A stretch of 64,000 bases of DNA from a bacterium (GCA_030428205.1 JAUIBK010000001.1:199966-263965); one strand, 5' to 3'. Positions 20,948-32,963 are shown, counted from the stretch's first letter. Program-made: numbers and translations. Notes: generated by a model from the letters alone, not told the origin.

Positions 20948-21284
20948 TTCTTAGCTTTTTAGCGAAAAAGCTTCTTAAGGGCGTGTGATACTTTGGTGGT
21001 ATCATGCGCCTTTTGCATATTTGGTACCTCAACTATACCAGGCGCACTTCAAAACGCCCGGCATCTTGTGATGCATTATCCATCCTGGAGAGCATTTTGA
21101 AGTACGCCTGGTACGGCTGTATCTTCCCTCTCCGACTACGCTCTTCGAGCTTCGTCGTGACCTGAGCTCCTAAGGACCACGTCGTAGCCTTTGGCGAAGA
21201 CGGGCGGGGGATACTCCCCGCCGACGGTGCTTATTGAACCGGAAATTTCAAGTGCGGGGAGTATAACTTTTCGCATTAATCTTA

Positions 21285-21345
21285 GTATTAGCCTCCGCCT
21301 TAGCCTATATCTTGGTTTTGGTCTTATTATTGGTATCAGCCTACC
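21285..21345. repeat. solo half-copy (right arm) of palindromic element family 1
   Basis: gcctatatcttggttttggtcttattattggtatcagcct is about 85% identical to the right arm of the elements at 36757-36799 and 42843-42884. Confidence 0.6.
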
Positions 21346-21796
21346 TCTTCAAAAATGAAAACCACGGAGTTTCCGTAGTTCGCGGAGGACTTCACGGAGA
21401 AGTTTATAAATCCCCCTCCGTGAAACTCTCCGTGTTCGCCGTGCCCTCCGTGGTTTATCCATGAATAATGCGGGTTAAACCGAGACTTGGCCCATGGCCT
21501 CGCTTGGAGAAGAGCCTCCTCTGTCTCCTGTTAAATCGGGTCCCATAAGAGCAAATGGTTAGCTGTGGGCAACTTTTATAACCCATTGATAACTTTAGGC
21601 ATATCATGCGCAAGCCCTCCTGCTTGCCCCCTGCTTCAAATACTGTCAAGAATTTCTTTCCCTGAGTTTGACTCTACCCAAATAGACGTGCTATCACATG
21701 CATTCTCGACTGGCGGGAAACTGCTGGTTGGTGCCCCCTGCGCTTGGTGTAAGCCAGTGAAATAAGGGGTTCCTTCCGCGGTCTTCTGTATTTTTT

Positions 21797-21823
21797 GGAG
21801 CTCGCTGAGCTCGTTTTTTTTGT
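21797..21823 (+). terminator. terminator-like hairpin plus T-run inside the ORF-free region upstream of rpsL
   Basis: ggagctc-gct-gagctc followed by gtttttttttg. Confidence 0.45.
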
Positions 21824-22273
21824 TTTTCTATGTGACCCGTTGCAAGTTCACATAGATAGGCCACCAATCAGGTGGAAACAAGAAACGAAACGGTTTAGCG
21901 GGGTATGAGTTGCCCATTAAAAGCGCTCCTGCCACAGAAACGGCAAGATGCAAGGCCTCTAACCTGGGGACGCAACATCTTGGCGGTTTTCCATCGAGGA
22001 CTTCCATAAGTGTTTTGGCACTCGCTTTTCATTGAAAGATGGTAAGTCGAGGGCAAGCAGGATCAAAACCAGGGATTGTGAACATTTACATAGTGTTTCC
22101 GGACTAATCTCTTTTTATAGAGCGTGCTGTTTTCCGGTAATAGTTTTTTAACGATAGCGTTTCACGCTGATTCGTGAAGTTCGCTTGCACTCTTTTTTTT
22201 TGCAAGTAAATGAATCGACTCGGTGGGAAACATTTACTCGAAATGAACTGTAATCATTGAGGGATGAGGCGGG

Positions 22274-22645
22274 ATGCCAACAATTAACCAGCTTGTTCGC
22301 AAGCGACGACTCAAAAAGAACTCACGTACGAAGTGCCCCGCACTTCGAGGATGTCCTCAAAAGCGAGGTGTTTGTACTCGTGTGTACACATCAACCCCAA
22401 AGAAGCCGAACTCAGCACTGAGAAAAGTTGCTCGTGTTCGACTCACCACTGGAATGGAAGTAACAAGCTACATTCCAGGTGTTGGTCACAATCTTCAAGA
22501 GCACTCCGTTGTTCTTATTCGTGGTGGCCGGGTGAAAGACCTTCCGGGTGTTCGTTACCACATCATCCGTGGAAAGCTTGAGGCTCACGGTGTGGAAGGA
22601 CGTAAGCAGGGTCGTTCGAAGTACGGCACAAAACGTCCGAAGTAG
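22274..22645 (+). CDS. rpsL: 30S ribosomal protein S12
   Basis: [12 protein letters not shown]...[17 protein letters not shown]... canonical S12. Confidence 0.97.
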   Translation: MPTINQLVRKRRLKKNSRTKCPALRGCPQKRGVCTRVYTSTPKKPNSALRKVARVRLTTGMEVTSYIPGVGHNLQEHSVVLIRGGRVKDLPGVRYHIIRGKLEAHGVEGRKQGRSKYGTKRPK

Positions 22646-22690
22646 TCATAATCGAGTAGAAGAATTCTAGCGGAACTGGAGATTTAAATT

Positions 22691-23161
22691 ATGTCGCGCA
22701 AGAGTAAGGATTACGTTCGAGCTATCCTCCCTGATCCAAAGTTTGGCGATATGCTCGTAGCCAAAACGGTGAATACCCTCATGATGCACGGAAAGAAGAG
22801 CACCGCTGAGCGCGCTCTTTATTCTGCGCTTGATACCGTTGGCGAGCGTTCGAAAAAAGATCCTATTGAAGTTTTTCACAAAGCCATTGAAAACATCCGA
22901 CCGGTTGTAGAAGTACGTTCTCGCCGTGTTGGTGGTGCTACGTACCAGGTTCCTACTGAAGTCAGTGGGCGTCGGGCGCAAGCACTTGCTCTTCGTTGGC
23001 TTAAGACCGCAACAAAGTCACGTAGCGAACGCACGCTTGCAGAGCGTTTAGCTGGTGAGCTTATGGATGCGTTTGAAAACCGCGGAAACGCAGTTAAGAA
23101 ACGCGAAGATACACATAAAATGGCAGAAGCAAACAAGGCGTTCTCTCACTTCCGTTGGTAG
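22691..23161 (+). CDS. rpsG: 30S ribosomal protein S7
   Basis: [20 protein letters not shown]...canonical S7. Confidence 0.96.
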   Translation: MSRKSKDYVRAILPDPKFGDMLVAKTVNTLMMHGKKSTAERALYSALDTVGERSKKDPIEVFHKAIENIRPVVEVRSRRVGGATYQVPTEVSGRRAQALALRWLKTATKSRSERTLAERLAGELMDAFENRGNAVKKREDTHKMAEANKAFSHFRW

Positions 23162-23197
23162 GAAGAGGGTAGGCTTAGTTTTTTGTAGAGTAACGAA

Positions 23198-25297
23198 GTG
23201 GCTAACCAAGATCTCACAAAAGTGCGAAATATCGGCATCATGGCACACATTGATGCTGGTAAGACGACCACTACCGAGAGGATCCTCTTTTACACGGGGA
23301 TCAACTACAAGATCGGTGAGGTGCATGATGGTGCGGCCACTATGGACTACATGGAACTTGAGCAAGAGCGTGGAATTACGATCACCTCTGCTGCGACTTC
23401 GTGTAAGTGGAGTGGTGGGGAAGGCCAGCTTCCTGAGCACGATATCAATATTATCGATACTCCAGGTCACGTTGATTTCACTATTGAGGTGGAGCGTAGC
23501 TTACGTGTTCTCGATGGGGCTGTAGCTGTTTTTGATGCGGTCAACGGTGTTGAGCCTCAATCTGAAACTGTTTGGCGACAAGCCACAAAGTTTGGTGTTC
23601 CACGCTTTTGTTTCATCAATAAGATGGATAAGACTGGAGCAAACTTTGAGTATGCCGTTAGCACTATCCGTGATCGTCTTGGAGCAAATGCTGTACCACT
23701 TCAGGTCATGATCGGCGCCGAAGGCGATCTTAAAGGTGTTATTGATCTCGTAGAAATGAAAGCCATTGTTTATCACGATGAGACAATGGGAGCGAAGTAC
23801 GATATCGAAGAAATTCCAGCTGAGTACGCTGATAAAGCTGCAAGTGCTAGGGATTATATGCTTGAGTCAATCGCTGAGTGCGATGAGGCTTTCATGGAGA
23901 AATATCTCGGTGGGGAAGAGCTCTCTGCTGATGAGATTCGAGCAACTATTCGTAAAGGTGTTCTCACCCGTGCTATTTTTCCTGTGTTAGGTGGAAGTGC
24001 TTTTAAGAACAAGGGGGTTCAGCCTCTTCTTGATGCAGTTGTTCACTACCTCCCATCACCACTTGAAGTCCCCCCAGTAAGTGGCTTTGCTCCAGACGAT
24101 ACAGAAGAGCAAACACCAATAACACTCGAAGCAAAGTCTGATGAGCCGTTCTCTGCGCTTGCTTTTAAGATCATTACGGACCCATACGTTGGTGTCCTTA
24201 CGTTCTTTCGAGTGTACTCAGGAACACTTGATGCTGGTTCAACAATTTTCAATGCTACCCGTGGTAAAAAAGAGCGTATCGGTCGTATCGTACGTATGCA
24301 TGCTGATAAGCGTGAAGAGGTCAAAACAATTAGCGCTGGAGATATTGGTGCGGCTGTTGGCCTTAAAGAAACGTACACTGGTGATACCATTTGCTCTATG
24401 GAGAAGCCGGTACTTCTTGAAAGTATTTATGCCCCAGAGCCTGTAATCGGTGTGGCGATTGAGCCGAAGTCGAAAGCGGATGAAGAGAAGATGGGCTTGG
24501 CTCTTATGAAGCTCTCAAAAGAAGACCCGTCACTACGCGTGCGCACAGATGAAGAGAGTGGCCAAACAATTATCGCTGGAATGGGTGAGCTTCACCTTGA
24601 TGTGATCAAGAGCCGCCTTGAGAGAGAATTTAGTGTCAACACAACCGTTGGTAAGCCTCAGGTTGCATATCGTGAGACCATTACGGCTCCAATGACTGAG
24701 CACGAGGTCAAATACGCCAAGCAAACAGGTGGTCGTGGTCAATTTGGACATGTCCATATCCGCTTTGAGCCACTAGAGGCCGGCGCGGGCTTTGAGTTTG
24801 TTGACGAGATTAAGGGTGGTGTGATTCCCAAAGAGTACATTCCTGCTGTGAAAAATGGTGTCGAAGAAGCTCTCAAAGGTGGGATCCTCGCTGGATACCC
24901 TGTCATTGATGTCAAGGCGACTCTCTACTACGGGAGTTTCCACGAAGTTGACTCAAGTGAAATGGCTTTTAAGATTGCTGGTTCGATGTGTACAAAAGAA
25001 GGCTGCCGTAAGGCTGGCATAAAACTTCTCGAGCCAGTGATGAAGGTTGAAGTAGTAAGTCCTGAAGAGTTCACAAGCAATGTAGTTGGTGATCTCAACA
25101 GAAGACGCGCTCGAATTCTTGGCATGGAGGCTCGTGCTGGTGCTCAGGTAGTAAAAGCTGAAGTACCTCTTGCTGAAATGTTTGGGTATGCAACAGATCT
25201 TCGTTCAAATTCTCAGGGACGTGCAAATTTTACGATGGAATATGACCACTATGGTGAGGTTCCGTCGCACGTATCTGAAAGTATTGCGGCGAAGTAG
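23198..25297 (+). CDS. fusA: elongation factor G (GTG start)
   Basis: 699 aa with G1-G5 motifs, domain IV loop HEVDSS. Position between rpsG and tuf. Confidence 0.96.
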   Translation: MANQDLTKVRNIGIMAHIDAGKTTTTERILFYTGINYKIGEVHDGAATMDYMELEQERGITITSAATSCKWSGGEGQLPEHDINIIDTPGHVDFTIEVERSLRVLDGAVAVFDAVNGVEPQSETVWRQATKFGVPRFCFINKMDKTGANFEYAVSTIRDRLGANAVPLQVMIGAEGDLKGVIDLVEMKAIVYHDETMGAKYDIEEIPAEYADKAASARDYMLESIAECDEAFMEKYLGGEELSADEIRATIRKGVLTRAIFPVLGGSAFKNKGVQPLLDAVVHYLPSPLEVPPVSGFAPDDTEEQTPITLEAKSDEPFSALAFKIITDPYVGVLTFFRVYSGTLDAGSTIFNATRGKKERIGRIVRMHADKREEVKTISAGDIGAAVGLKETYTGDTICSMEKPVLLESIYAPEPVIGVAIEPKSKADEEKMGLALMKLSKEDPSLRVRTDEESGQTIIAGMGELHLDVIKSRLEREFSVNTTVGKPQVAYRETITAPMTEHEVKYAKQTGGRGQFGHVHIRFEPLEAGAGFEFVDEIKGGVIPKEYIPAVKNGVEEALKGGILAGYPVIDVKATLYYGSFHEVDSSEMAFKIAGSMCTKEGCRKAGIKLLEPVMKVEVVSPEEFTSNVVGDLNRRRARILGMEARAGAQVVKAEVPLAEMFGYATDLRSNSQGRANFTMEYDHYGEVPSHVSESIAAK

Positions 25298-25387
25298 TTG
25301 CCAACATTTTGTATAGGTTTTTAAACGATTAGAGAAACTAAGTTTTTTTAACAGTGTATTGATAAGGAACGAATAAGGAACCTGAGT

Positions 25388-26584
25388 ATGGCTAAGGAAA
25401 AATTTGAAAGGACCAAGCCCCATGTAAACGTCGGAACCATCGGTCACGTTGACCACGGGAAGACGACGCTTACAGCCGCGCTCGTTAATACACAAGCGTC
25501 GCGAAGCCTTGCTCAAACATTGAGCTACAAGGATATCGCGAAAGGTGGAACAGAGCGTGATGAAACAAAGACGGTTACTATCGCAAGTGCTCACGTAGAG
25601 TACGAAACAGAAAACCGTCACTATGCACACGTTGACTGTCCGGGTCACGCCGACTACGTAAAGAACATGATTACGGGTGCTGCTCAAATGGACGGAGCGA
25701 TCCTCGTAGTAAGTGCTGCTGATGGTCCGATGCCACAGACTCGTGAGCACATCCTTCTTGCTCGTCAGGTTGGTGTTCCAAAGATTGTTGTTTTCTTGAA
25801 CAAAGTTGACATCGTTGACGACGAAGAACTTCTTGAGCTTGTTGAAATGGAAGTTCGTGATCTTCTCAACGAATACGGATTCCCAGGAGACGATACTCCA
25901 ATCATCAAGGGAAGTGCTCTTAAGGCTCTTAACGGAGATGATGATGATCTCGGTATTGGTAGTATCGATCGCCTTCTTGCGACTATTGATGAGTACGTAC
26001 CAGTCCCTGAGCGTGATGTTGACAAGACATTCCTTATGCCTGTGGAAGACGTTTTCTCAATTGAAGGTCGTGGTACTGTTGCTACAGGGCGTATCGAGCG
26101 TGGTGTTGTTAAGGTTGGTGAAGAAATTGAAATCATCGGTCTTCGTGACACACAAAAGACAACTGTTACAGGTGTAGAAATGTTCCGTAAGCTCCTCGAT
26201 CAAGGGGAAGCTGGTGACAACGTTGGACTCCTCCTTCGTGGTCTCAAGCGGGACGAAATTGAGCGTGGTCAAGTTATTGCTAAGCCAGGTTCAATTACTC
26301 CTCACAAGAAGTTTAAAGGTGAGGCGTATATCCTTAAGAAGGAAGAAGGTGGACGACACAAGCCTTTCTTCACTGGATACCGTCCTCAGTTTTATTTCCG
26401 AACAACGGACGTTACAGGATCCATCAAGCTCCCTGACGGAGTAGAGATGGCTATGCCTGGTGACAACATCACGGTTGAAGTTGAGCTTCACCAAGCTATC
26501 GCGATGGAGAAGCAAGTTCGCTTTGCTATCCGTGAAGGTGGCCGAACAGTAGGTTCTGGTGTTGTTTCTGAGGTAATTGAGTAG
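25388..26584 (+). CDS. tuf: elongation factor Tu with an unusually divergent residue 31-66 segment (switch I)
   Basis: [32 protein letters not shown]...[26 protein letters not shown]... The protein is highly conserved except [38 protein letters not shown], where the consensus is ...EEKARGITINTSH. Confidence 0.95.
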   Translation: MAKEKFERTKPHVNVGTIGHVDHGKTTLTAALVNTQASRSLAQTLSYKDIAKGGTERDETKTVTIASAHVEYETENRHYAHVDCPGHADYVKNMITGAAQMDGAILVVSAADGPMPQTREHILLARQVGVPKIVVFLNKVDIVDDEELLELVEMEVRDLLNEYGFPGDDTPIIKGSALKALNGDDDDLGIGSIDRLLATIDEYVPVPERDVDKTFLMPVEDVFSIEGRGTVATGRIERGVVKVGEEIEIIGLRDTQKTTVTGVEMFRKLLDQGEAGDNVGLLLRGLKRDEIERGQVIAKPGSITPHKKFKGEAYILKKEEGGRHKPFFTGYRPQFYFRTTDVTGSIKLPDGVEMAMPGDNITVEVELHQAIAMEKQVRFAIREGGRTVGSGVVSEVIE

Positions 26585-26609
26585 TTCAGACACCCATCAA
26601 GAGAAAGCA

Positions 26610-26640
26610 GCTGGGAGTGTAAAAACTCCCAGCCTCGCTT
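26610..26640 (+). terminator. hairpin between tuf and rpsJ (terminator/attenuator)
   Basis: gctgggagt-gtaaaa-actcccagc followed by ctcgcttt. Confidence 0.5.
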
Positions 26641-26672
26641 TCACAAAATGGGACTGAGAAAGGGAAGAAAAG

Positions 26673-26987
26673 ATGCTAGGCGGTCAGCTGATTCGCATAC
26701 GACTTAAGGGGTACGACCACAAGCTTCTCGATACAGCAGTGACGGAGATCGTCTCTACTGTTCGACGAACTGGAGGAAGGGTTGCAGGGCCAATCCCTCT
26801 TCCGACCCGTGTTGAGAAATACACAGTAAACCGGTCGACCTTTGTTGATAAGAAGTCACGAGAGCAGTTCGAGATTCGAACGCACAAAAGACTTCTCGAC
26901 ATCCTTGAGCCGACGCAACAGACAATTGATGAACTTGGAAAACTAGAGCTTTCAACGGGTATTGACGTTGAAATTAAGCTCCAGTAA
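26673..26987 (+). CDS. rpsJ: 30S ribosomal protein S10
   Basis: [17 protein letters not shown]...canonical S10. Confidence 0.95.
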   Translation: MLGGQLIRIRLKGYDHKLLDTAVTEIVSTVRRTGGRVAGPIPLPTRVEKYTVNRSTFVDKKSREQFEIRTHKRLLDILEPTQQTIDELGKLELSTGIDVEIKLQ

Positions 26988-27023
26988 ACGAGTCGTCCAC
27001 GAGAGCGTGGAGTTTTTGAAGAT

Positions 27024-27719
27024 ATGAGTAATAAGAAGCTTTATCCAGAAGGGTTGCTTGGAAAAAAAGTGGGTATGACCCAAGTCTTTACAGACGACGG
27101 GAAGTGCCTACCTGTGACAGCTATCGAGGTTGGTCCTTGTGTTGTCCTCCAAGTAAAGAACCAAGAGCGTGACGGATATGATGCAGTGCAGATTGGATTC
27201 GGTCCAAAAAAACAACAGCGCGTCAACAAGTCACAACTCGGTCACTTTAGCAAAGCAGGAAGTGGGTCATTCTACCACGTACAAGAAGTGCGTTGTGATG
27301 TAGATGCACTTGGGTGGAATGAGCTCGGCAAAGAGCTTAGCGTTGCTGATGTCTTCAATGATGGAGACAAGGTGGACGTCTCAGGTGTTTCGAAGGGACG
27401 TGGTTTCTCTGGTGTGGTTCGTCGCTTTAATGTAGCAGGCCAGCCAGCATCACGTGGAACACACGAGAAGTTTAGAAACATCGGGTCTGTCGGTGCTTGT
27501 ACTTTTCCAGGTCGTATCTGGAAGAACCAGAAGATGCCAGGTCAGATGGGAAATAAGAAGGTAACCACACAAAACCTTAAGGTGGTTGGCGTTCGCCCAG
27601 ATGATAACGTCCTCCTCGTAAAAGGAGCCGTACCAGGCTCTAAGGGTGGACTCGTATTTATTCGCAAAGCCCGTAAAAAATACGCCGGTGTGCAAAAACA
27701 GGAATCTCAAGCAGCGTAA
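27024..27719 (+). CDS. rplC: 50S ribosomal protein L3
   Basis: [17 protein letters not shown]... canonical L3. Confidence 0.95.
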   Translation: MSNKKLYPEGLLGKKVGMTQVFTDDGKCLPVTAIEVGPCVVLQVKNQERDGYDAVQIGFGPKKQQRVNKSQLGHFSKAGSGSFYHVQEVRCDVDALGWNELGKELSVADVFNDGDKVDVSGVSKGRGFSGVVRRFNVAGQPASRGTHEKFRNIGSVGACTFPGRIWKNQKMPGQMGNKKVTTQNLKVVGVRPDDNVLLVKGAVPGSKGGLVFIRKARKKYAGVQKQESQAA

Positions 27720-27743
27720 TTTCTGCGAGAGGGAGAGAGAACG

Positions 27744-28403
27744 ATGACAAGTGTTCAGGTAGCAGTAAAAGATATGAACGGTAAAGAGGTCGGCAAGCTC
27801 GATCTCGATCCTACCGTGTTTGCCTCTGAGAGTGACCCTTCGTTGGTTCATGCGACAGTTCGTTGGCAGCGTGCCAAGAAGCGAGCAGGAACACACTCTG
27901 CGCTCACTCGTGGGCAGATGAAGCGAAGTGATGCAAAGCCTCACAAGCAGAAAGGGACTGGCCGTGCTCGTGCGGGGTCACGAAACTCGCCTCTTTGGGT
28001 TGGTGGAGCTGTTATTCACGGACCACAACCTCGGAGCTATGATTTTCGCTTGCCAAAACGCACACGCCGTCAGGCGATGGCTTCTGTGTTGAGCGACAAA
28101 GTGCGCGCTGAGCGCCTTGTTATTCTCGATAGCCTTGCTATTGAGTCTGGTAAGACGAAAGACATGGCAGCTGTACTGAAGAAGCTTGGTGTTTCTGAGA
28201 AGTCTGCGGCAATCATGCTCCCTGAAGCAGAAGAGAACGTTTGGCGTTCAAGCAAAAACATCAAGGGCGTTAAATCCCTTCCTGTTTCTGGTGCAAACGT
28301 TTACGACCTTTTGAATCATCACTATCTTGTAGGTACGAAGGACGCCATCCTCGCACTTCAAGATCGTGTCATGCAGAAGAAGAGTGAAGCGGCTGCGGAG
28401 TAA
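27744..28403 (+). CDS. rplD: 50S ribosomal protein L4
   Basis: L4 family sequence. Position after rplC. Confidence 0.93.
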   Translation: MTSVQVAVKDMNGKEVGKLDLDPTVFASESDPSLVHATVRWQRAKKRAGTHSALTRGQMKRSDAKPHKQKGTGRARAGSRNSPLWVGGAVIHGPQPRSYDFRLPKRTRRQAMASVLSDKVRAERLVILDSLAIESGKTKDMAAVLKKLGVSEKSAAIMLPEAEENVWRSSKNIKGVKSLPVSGANVYDLLNHHYLVGTKDAILALQDRVMQKKSEAAAE

Positions 28404-28434
28404 GAGTCTAAAGAGTTTTTAGAGCGAGAGAAAA

Positions 28435-28755
28435 ATGGCAAAGGCAAAACAAACATCGGAAGCGAGCGTTCAAGACTACGCTGCGATTGTAAAGCCCCTC
28501 ATCACCGAGAAGAGTTCTATTATTGGTGGAGATGGAAGTAAGGTTGTATTCGAGGTCGCTCGTACAGCGAGTAAGCACGATATTCAACGTGCTATCGAGC
28601 ACATCTTTGATGTTGAGGTTGACTCGATTCGTACAATGAATTACCTCGGCAAGCTCCGTCGTCGTGGAAATAAAGTTGGCCGCACGGCAAGCTTTAAGAA
28701 AGCGTACGTGAAGCTCAAGCCTGGACAAACAATTGATATTGTCGAAGGGCTGTAG
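28435..28755 (+). CDS. rplW: 50S ribosomal protein L23
   Basis: L23 family sequence and position. Confidence 0.93.
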   Translation: MAKAKQTSEASVQDYAAIVKPLITEKSSIIGGDGSKVVFEVARTASKHDIQRAIEHIFDVEVDSIRTMNYLGKLRRRGNKVGRTASFKKAYVKLKPGQTIDIVEGL

Positions 28756-28795
28756 AACTTACTCGGTAGGTGAATCTTAAGAAAGGAAGATAACC

Positions 28796-29629
28796 ATGGC
28801 GTTAAAAAGATTTAAACCAATTACTCCCGGACGACGTTACTACACCGTTGCCGATTTTTCTGAGCTTTCGAAGAAGAAGCCTGAGCGCTCTCTGATCAAA
28901 AAGCAATCAAATACCGGTGGACGAAATAGTTCAGGGCGTATGACAAACATCAATATCGGTGGCGGACACAAGCGTCGTTACCGTGAGATTGATTTTGCTC
29001 GTAAGAAGCTTGGGGTACCGGGAAAAGTTGTTGCCATTGAGTACGATCCAAATCGCACGGCTCGTATTGCGCTCGTCAACTATAATGATGGTGAAAAGCG
29101 TTACATCCTTGCTCCTCACGGCCTCAAAGTTGGTGCAAAAATTGAAAATGGTCCAACAGCTGAGATTAAGCCGGGGAATGCTCTTCCTCTTGCGAACATC
29201 CCTCTTGGACAAGAGGTACACAATATTGAGCTCAAGCCAGGACACGGTGGACAAATTGTTCGCTCTGCTGGAACAAGTGCACAACTGGCGGCGAAAGAAG
29301 GTAAATATGCCACTCTTCGTCTCCCTTCTGGTGAGATGAGAAAAGTGCTCCTCACGTGTATGGCAACGATTGGTACCGTTGGAAACACTGAGCACCAAAA
29401 TATCAAGGTTGGTAAGGCGGGACGTTCTCGCTGGTTGAACAAGCGACCTCACACACGTGGTGTTGCGAAGAACCCAGTTGATCACCCAATGGGTGGTGGT
29501 GAAGGAAAGTCTGCTGGTGGACGCCATCCTTGTACACCAAATGGTGTCCCAACGAAGGGATACAAAACTCGTCGCAACAAACGTACAGACAAGTTTATTG
29601 TACGTCGGCGTTCGAAGAAGAAGAGATAA
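28796..29629 (+). CDS. rplB: 50S ribosomal protein L2
   Basis: [18 protein letters not shown]...[16 protein letters not shown] canonical L2. Confidence 0.96.
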   Translation: MALKRFKPITPGRRYYTVADFSELSKKKPERSLIKKQSNTGGRNSSGRMTNINIGGGHKRRYREIDFARKKLGVPGKVVAIEYDPNRTARIALVNYNDGEKRYILAPHGLKVGAKIENGPTAEIKPGNALPLANIPLGQEVHNIELKPGHGGQIVRSAGTSAQLAAKEGKYATLRLPSGEMRKVLLTCMATIGTVGNTEHQNIKVGKAGRSRWLNKRPHTRGVAKNPVDHPMGGGEGKSAGGRHPCTPNGVPTKGYKTRRNKRTDKFIVRRRSKKKR

Positions 29630-29684
29630 TGTAAGGCGGATAGGAAATCCCTAAAGACAAAGAGATTTATCGGAGAGAGTAAGT

Positions 29685-29948
29685 ATGACACGTTCGTTGA
29701 AAAAAGGGCCTTTTGTTGATGATCACCTCCTGAAGTGGGTTGATCGTGCAAAGTCTGGTCAGCATAAAGGGCCAATAAAAACATGGTCGCGCCGTTCAAC
29801 TATTATCCCTGACATGATTGGGCTCACCTTTGCTGTGCATAATGGCAAGAAGTTTGTTCCAGTGTTTGTCACCGATAATATGGTTGGCCACAAGCTCGGC
29901 GAGTTTTCCCCGACACGACATTACACAGGCCATAACCAGAAGAAGTAG
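29685..29948 (+). CDS. rpsS: 30S ribosomal protein S19
   Basis: [19 protein letters not shown]...canonical S19. Confidence 0.96.
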   Translation: MTRSLKKGPFVDDHLLKWVDRAKSGQHKGPIKTWSRRSTIIPDMIGLTFAVHNGKKFVPVFVTDNMVGHKLGEFSPTRHYTGHNQKK

Positions 29949-29987
29949 AGTTTTTAGCAGCAACGTTGGTAGCTGGAGGATAATAAA

Positions 29988-30344
29988 GTGACTAAGCGAA
30001 ATGACGAAAAGACAGTAGCAAGCGCTACGTTACGCCACGTTCGAGTGTCTCCTCGTAAGGCGCGATTAATATTGAACATGATTAAAGGCAAGCAGATAGA
30101 GCCAGCTCTACAGATTTTGCAATTTAATCCTACAAAGGCAGCTGCGCTAACGCGTACGTTGCTCAAATCTGCTATTGCAAATGCACAAGAGAAGGGCACA
30201 GCAGATATCGATGATCTTTGGGTCACTGGTGGATACGTTGGAATGGGGAAAACGCTTCGCCGCTTTCTCCCTCGCGCACAAGGACGGGCTACTCCTATCC
30301 GGAAGCGTTCAGCACACATCACCGTTAAGCTTGGAGTTCGATAA
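29988..30344 (+). CDS. rplV: 50S ribosomal protein L22 (GTG start)
   Basis: L22 family sequence and position. Confidence 0.92.
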   Translation: MTKRNDEKTVASATLRHVRVSPRKARLILNMIKGKQIEPALQILQFNPTKAAALTRTLLKSAIANAQEKGTADIDDLWVTGGYVGMGKTLRRFLPRAQGRATPIRKRSAHITVKLGVR

Positions 30345-30380
30345 GTTTTTAAGATAAAGGCACTGCAAAGGACTTAAACT

Positions 30381-31046
30381 ATGGGTCAGAAAGTACATCC
30401 TTACGGTTTACGAGTTGGAGTCATTGAGACATGGAGATCTCGATGGTTTAGCGATTCGAAAGACTTCGCTCGGTATATTGGCGAAGATCGAGAGATTCGT
30501 GACTACGTAAAGAAAAAGCTGCAAAGTGCGGGTATCTCAAAAGTTGAGATCGAGCGTGCGGCTGCTAAGGTCAAGATTAATATCTTTTCTGCTAAGCCTG
30601 GTATTGTTATCGGGAAGAAAGGGAAGGATATCGAAGAGTTACGCACGAAGCTCCGCTCTCTCGTACAGCGCGATATTAGCCTCAATATCATTGAAGCTCG
30701 TAAGGCTGATATGGATGCTCAGCTCGTTGCGGAGAATATCGCTTTTCAACTTTCTCGCCGGGTGAATTTTCGCCGTGCCATGAAAGATGCCGTATCTCGT
30801 GCTCGCCGTGTTGGCGCAGAGGGGATTAAGGTTTCTGTTTCTGGTAGATTGAACGGAGCTGATATCGCTCGTACGGAGCAATATAAAGAGGGACGTATTC
30901 CTCTACATACACTCCGTGCTGAAATTGATTACGGATTTGCGGAAGCACTTACCACCTACGGTATTCTCGGCGTCAAGACATGGGTCTTTAAAGGCGAGAA
31001 GTTTGAAGAGGGTGAGTACGTTCCTGTTGAAGCGATGCAATTATAG
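30381..31046 (+). CDS. rpsC: 30S ribosomal protein S3
   Basis: [23 protein letters not shown]... canonical S3. Confidence 0.96.
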   Translation: MGQKVHPYGLRVGVIETWRSRWFSDSKDFARYIGEDREIRDYVKKKLQSAGISKVEIERAAAKVKINIFSAKPGIVIGKKGKDIEELRTKLRSLVQRDISLNIIEARKADMDAQLVAENIAFQLSRRVNFRRAMKDAVSRARRVGAEGIKVSVSGRLNGADIARTEQYKEGRIPLHTLRAEIDYGFAEALTTYGILGVKTWVFKGEKFEEGEYVPVEAMQL

Positions 31047-31094
31047 TTCAACTGGAACGGGAAAGAGGAAGAAGCTCTAACGTAAGAGGACATT

Positions 31095-31520
31095 ATGCAA
31101 CAGCCGAGAAAGACGAAATACCGAAAGACAATGAAGCAAGTCGACAAGATTCGCGGTACAGCGAGTCGTGGAGCGGAGCTTTCTTTCGGGGAAGTAGCGC
31201 TACGAGCCAAAGAAGGTGGTTGGATCTCTGCTCGTCAGATTGAAGCTGGTCGTGTTGCCGCGACTCGTCACATGAAGCGAGGTGGAAAGCTTTTCATCCG
31301 AGTTTTTGCTGATAAGCCTGTGACATCAAAACCTGCTGAAACTCGTATGGGAAAGGGGAAAGGTTCTCCAGAGAAGTGGGTCGCAACAGTGCAATCTGGA
31401 CGTGTGATCTATGAGATTACTGGTGTTGCACCAAAAGTTGCTCGACGTGCACTTGAACTTGCTGCATCAAAGATGCCTGTGAAGTGTGCTGTCGTAGAAA
31501 GAAAGAAGACGATTTTATAA
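31095..31520 (+). CDS. rplP: 50S ribosomal protein L16
   Basis: L16 family sequence and position. Confidence 0.95.
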   Translation: MQQPRKTKYRKTMKQVDKIRGTASRGAELSFGEVALRAKEGGWISARQIEAGRVAATRHMKRGGKLFIRVFADKPVTSKPAETRMGKGKGSPEKWVATVQSGRVIYEITGVAPKVARRALELAASKMPVKCAVVERKKTIL

Positions 31521-31557
31521 ACAACGAAAAAGTGTTCGCTCAACGGACGAGGACGAT

Positions 31558-31764
31558 ATGAAAAAGAGTGATACGTTAGCAGAACTAAAAGCTATGTCAG
31601 ATGAGGAGCTGAAGGCAAAAGCTCGTGAGCTTGGTAATGAGCTTATGAGACTCCGTTTTCGTAAGGCTTCTGGCCAACTTGAGCAAGTGAATCTTCTCAG
31701 TGAAGCAAAGAGAACACTCGCACAAGCAAAGACACTTTTAACTGAGCGAAGTGCTGCTGCTTAG
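31558..31764 (+). CDS. rpmC: 50S ribosomal protein L29
   Basis: 68 aa L29 sequence and position. Confidence 0.9.
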   Translation: MKKSDTLAELKAMSDEELKAKARELGNELMRLRFRKASGQLEQVNLLSEAKRTLAQAKTLLTERSAAA

Positions 31765-31787
31765 GTAACGACTGATTTTTGTGAGGA

Positions 31788-32084
31788 ATGAATACCATGG
31801 ATGTAACGGAAGCAAGTAAGCCCAAAGAAAAGAAGCGAGGGCTTCCCAAAACACGAGAAGGTGTTGTTGTCAGCGACAAGATGAGTAAGACCATCGTTGT
31901 TGCTATCAAGCAACTTGTGCGTCATCGCGAATACAAAAAGTACATTCGAGTGACGAAGAAATATAAAGCTCATGATGAGCGAAACGAAGCAAAGGTTGGC
32001 GATACGGTACGTATCGTTGAAACGCGTCCGCTCAGCAAAGATAAGCGCTGGCGCATGCAAGAGGTGCTCGTAAAAGCTGTGTAG
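31788..32084 (+). CDS. rpsQ: 30S ribosomal protein S17
   Basis: S17 family sequence. The start may be the second ATG at 31797. Confidence 0.92.
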   Translation: MNTMDVTEASKPKEKKRGLPKTREGVVVSDKMSKTIVVAIKQLVRHREYKKYIRVTKKYKAHDERNEAKVGDTVRIVETRPLSKDKRWRMQEVLVKAV

Positions 32085-32132
32085 CTTCTACGAGGTGTAA
32101 TTGAGAGAAGTTTTAACTCAGGAGCGAGGATC

Positions 32133-32501
32133 ATGATTCAGGTACAGTCGGTGTTGAACATTGCGGACAACTCTGGCGCAAGAAAAGCCATCTGCATTAA
32201 AGTGCTCGGTGGCTCAAAGCGTCGCTATGCCAGTGTTGGGGATGTTGTTGTTGTTGCCGTGCGTGAGGCGATGCCAAACTCAAAGATCTCCAAAGGCTCG
32301 GTTCAAAAGGCAGTTATTGTACGAACTGCCAAAGAGCTTCGAAGAGAAGATGGCTCTTACATTCGTTTTGATGACAACAGTGCTGTTCTCATCAATCAGC
32401 AAAAAGAGCCACTTGGAACACGTATTTTTGGACCCGTTGCTCGTGAGCTACGTGCAGCACGTTTTATGAAGATCGTCTCCCTTGCGCCGGAGGTGCTCTA
32501 A
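32133..32501 (+). CDS. rplN: 50S ribosomal protein L14
   Basis: [18 protein letters not shown]... canonical L14. Confidence 0.96.
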   Translation: MIQVQSVLNIADNSGARKAICIKVLGGSKRRYASVGDVVVVAVREAMPNSKISKGSVQKAVIVRTAKELRREDGSYIRFDDNSAVLINQQKEPLGTRIFGPVARELRAARFMKIVSLAPEVL

Positions 32502-32542
32502 ACCATCCCTCAAGGGAAGAGTTTTTTAGTAGAGAGTTTATT

Positions 32543-32935
32543 ATGGCTACAAAAAAGAAAACATCACGAGCTCCACGCAGAGTTAATTCAGCACTCAAGT
32601 CAGGCGACTTAGTGATGGTGATTGCTGGTGGGCACAAAGAGAAGCGACCGAATAAAGGCAAAGTGGCGAAAATCCTTCGTTTTGAAGGAAAGAAGAAAGA
32701 CCGCGTTGTACTCGAAGGAGTAAACATGGTTACTCGTCACCAGCGCGCAACACAACCGGGTCAACAAGGTGGGAAAATCCAGAAAGAAGCCGCGATCCAT
32801 ATTTCGAACGTGATGTATTACGTTGAAGAGCTCAAGAAGCCTGTGCGACTCAAGCACCAGTTTCTTGATGATGGCACTAAGGTGCGAGGATACCTCCACC
32901 CAGAAAAGAATGAGTTTGTACAATTAGCGTCATAA
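32543..32935 (+). CDS. rplX: 50S ribosomal protein L24 (extended, 130 aa)
   Basis: KOW-containing L24 sequence. Position after rplN. Confidence 0.92.
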   Translation: MATKKKTSRAPRRVNSALKSGDLVMVIAGGHKEKRPNKGKVAKILRFEGKKKDRVVLEGVNMVTRHQRATQPGQQGGKIQKEAAIHISNVMYYVEELKKPVRLKHQFLDDGTKVRGYLHPEKNEFVQLAS

Positions 32936-32963
32936 GAACGGCTAAGGAAGGAGAGGAGCGAAC

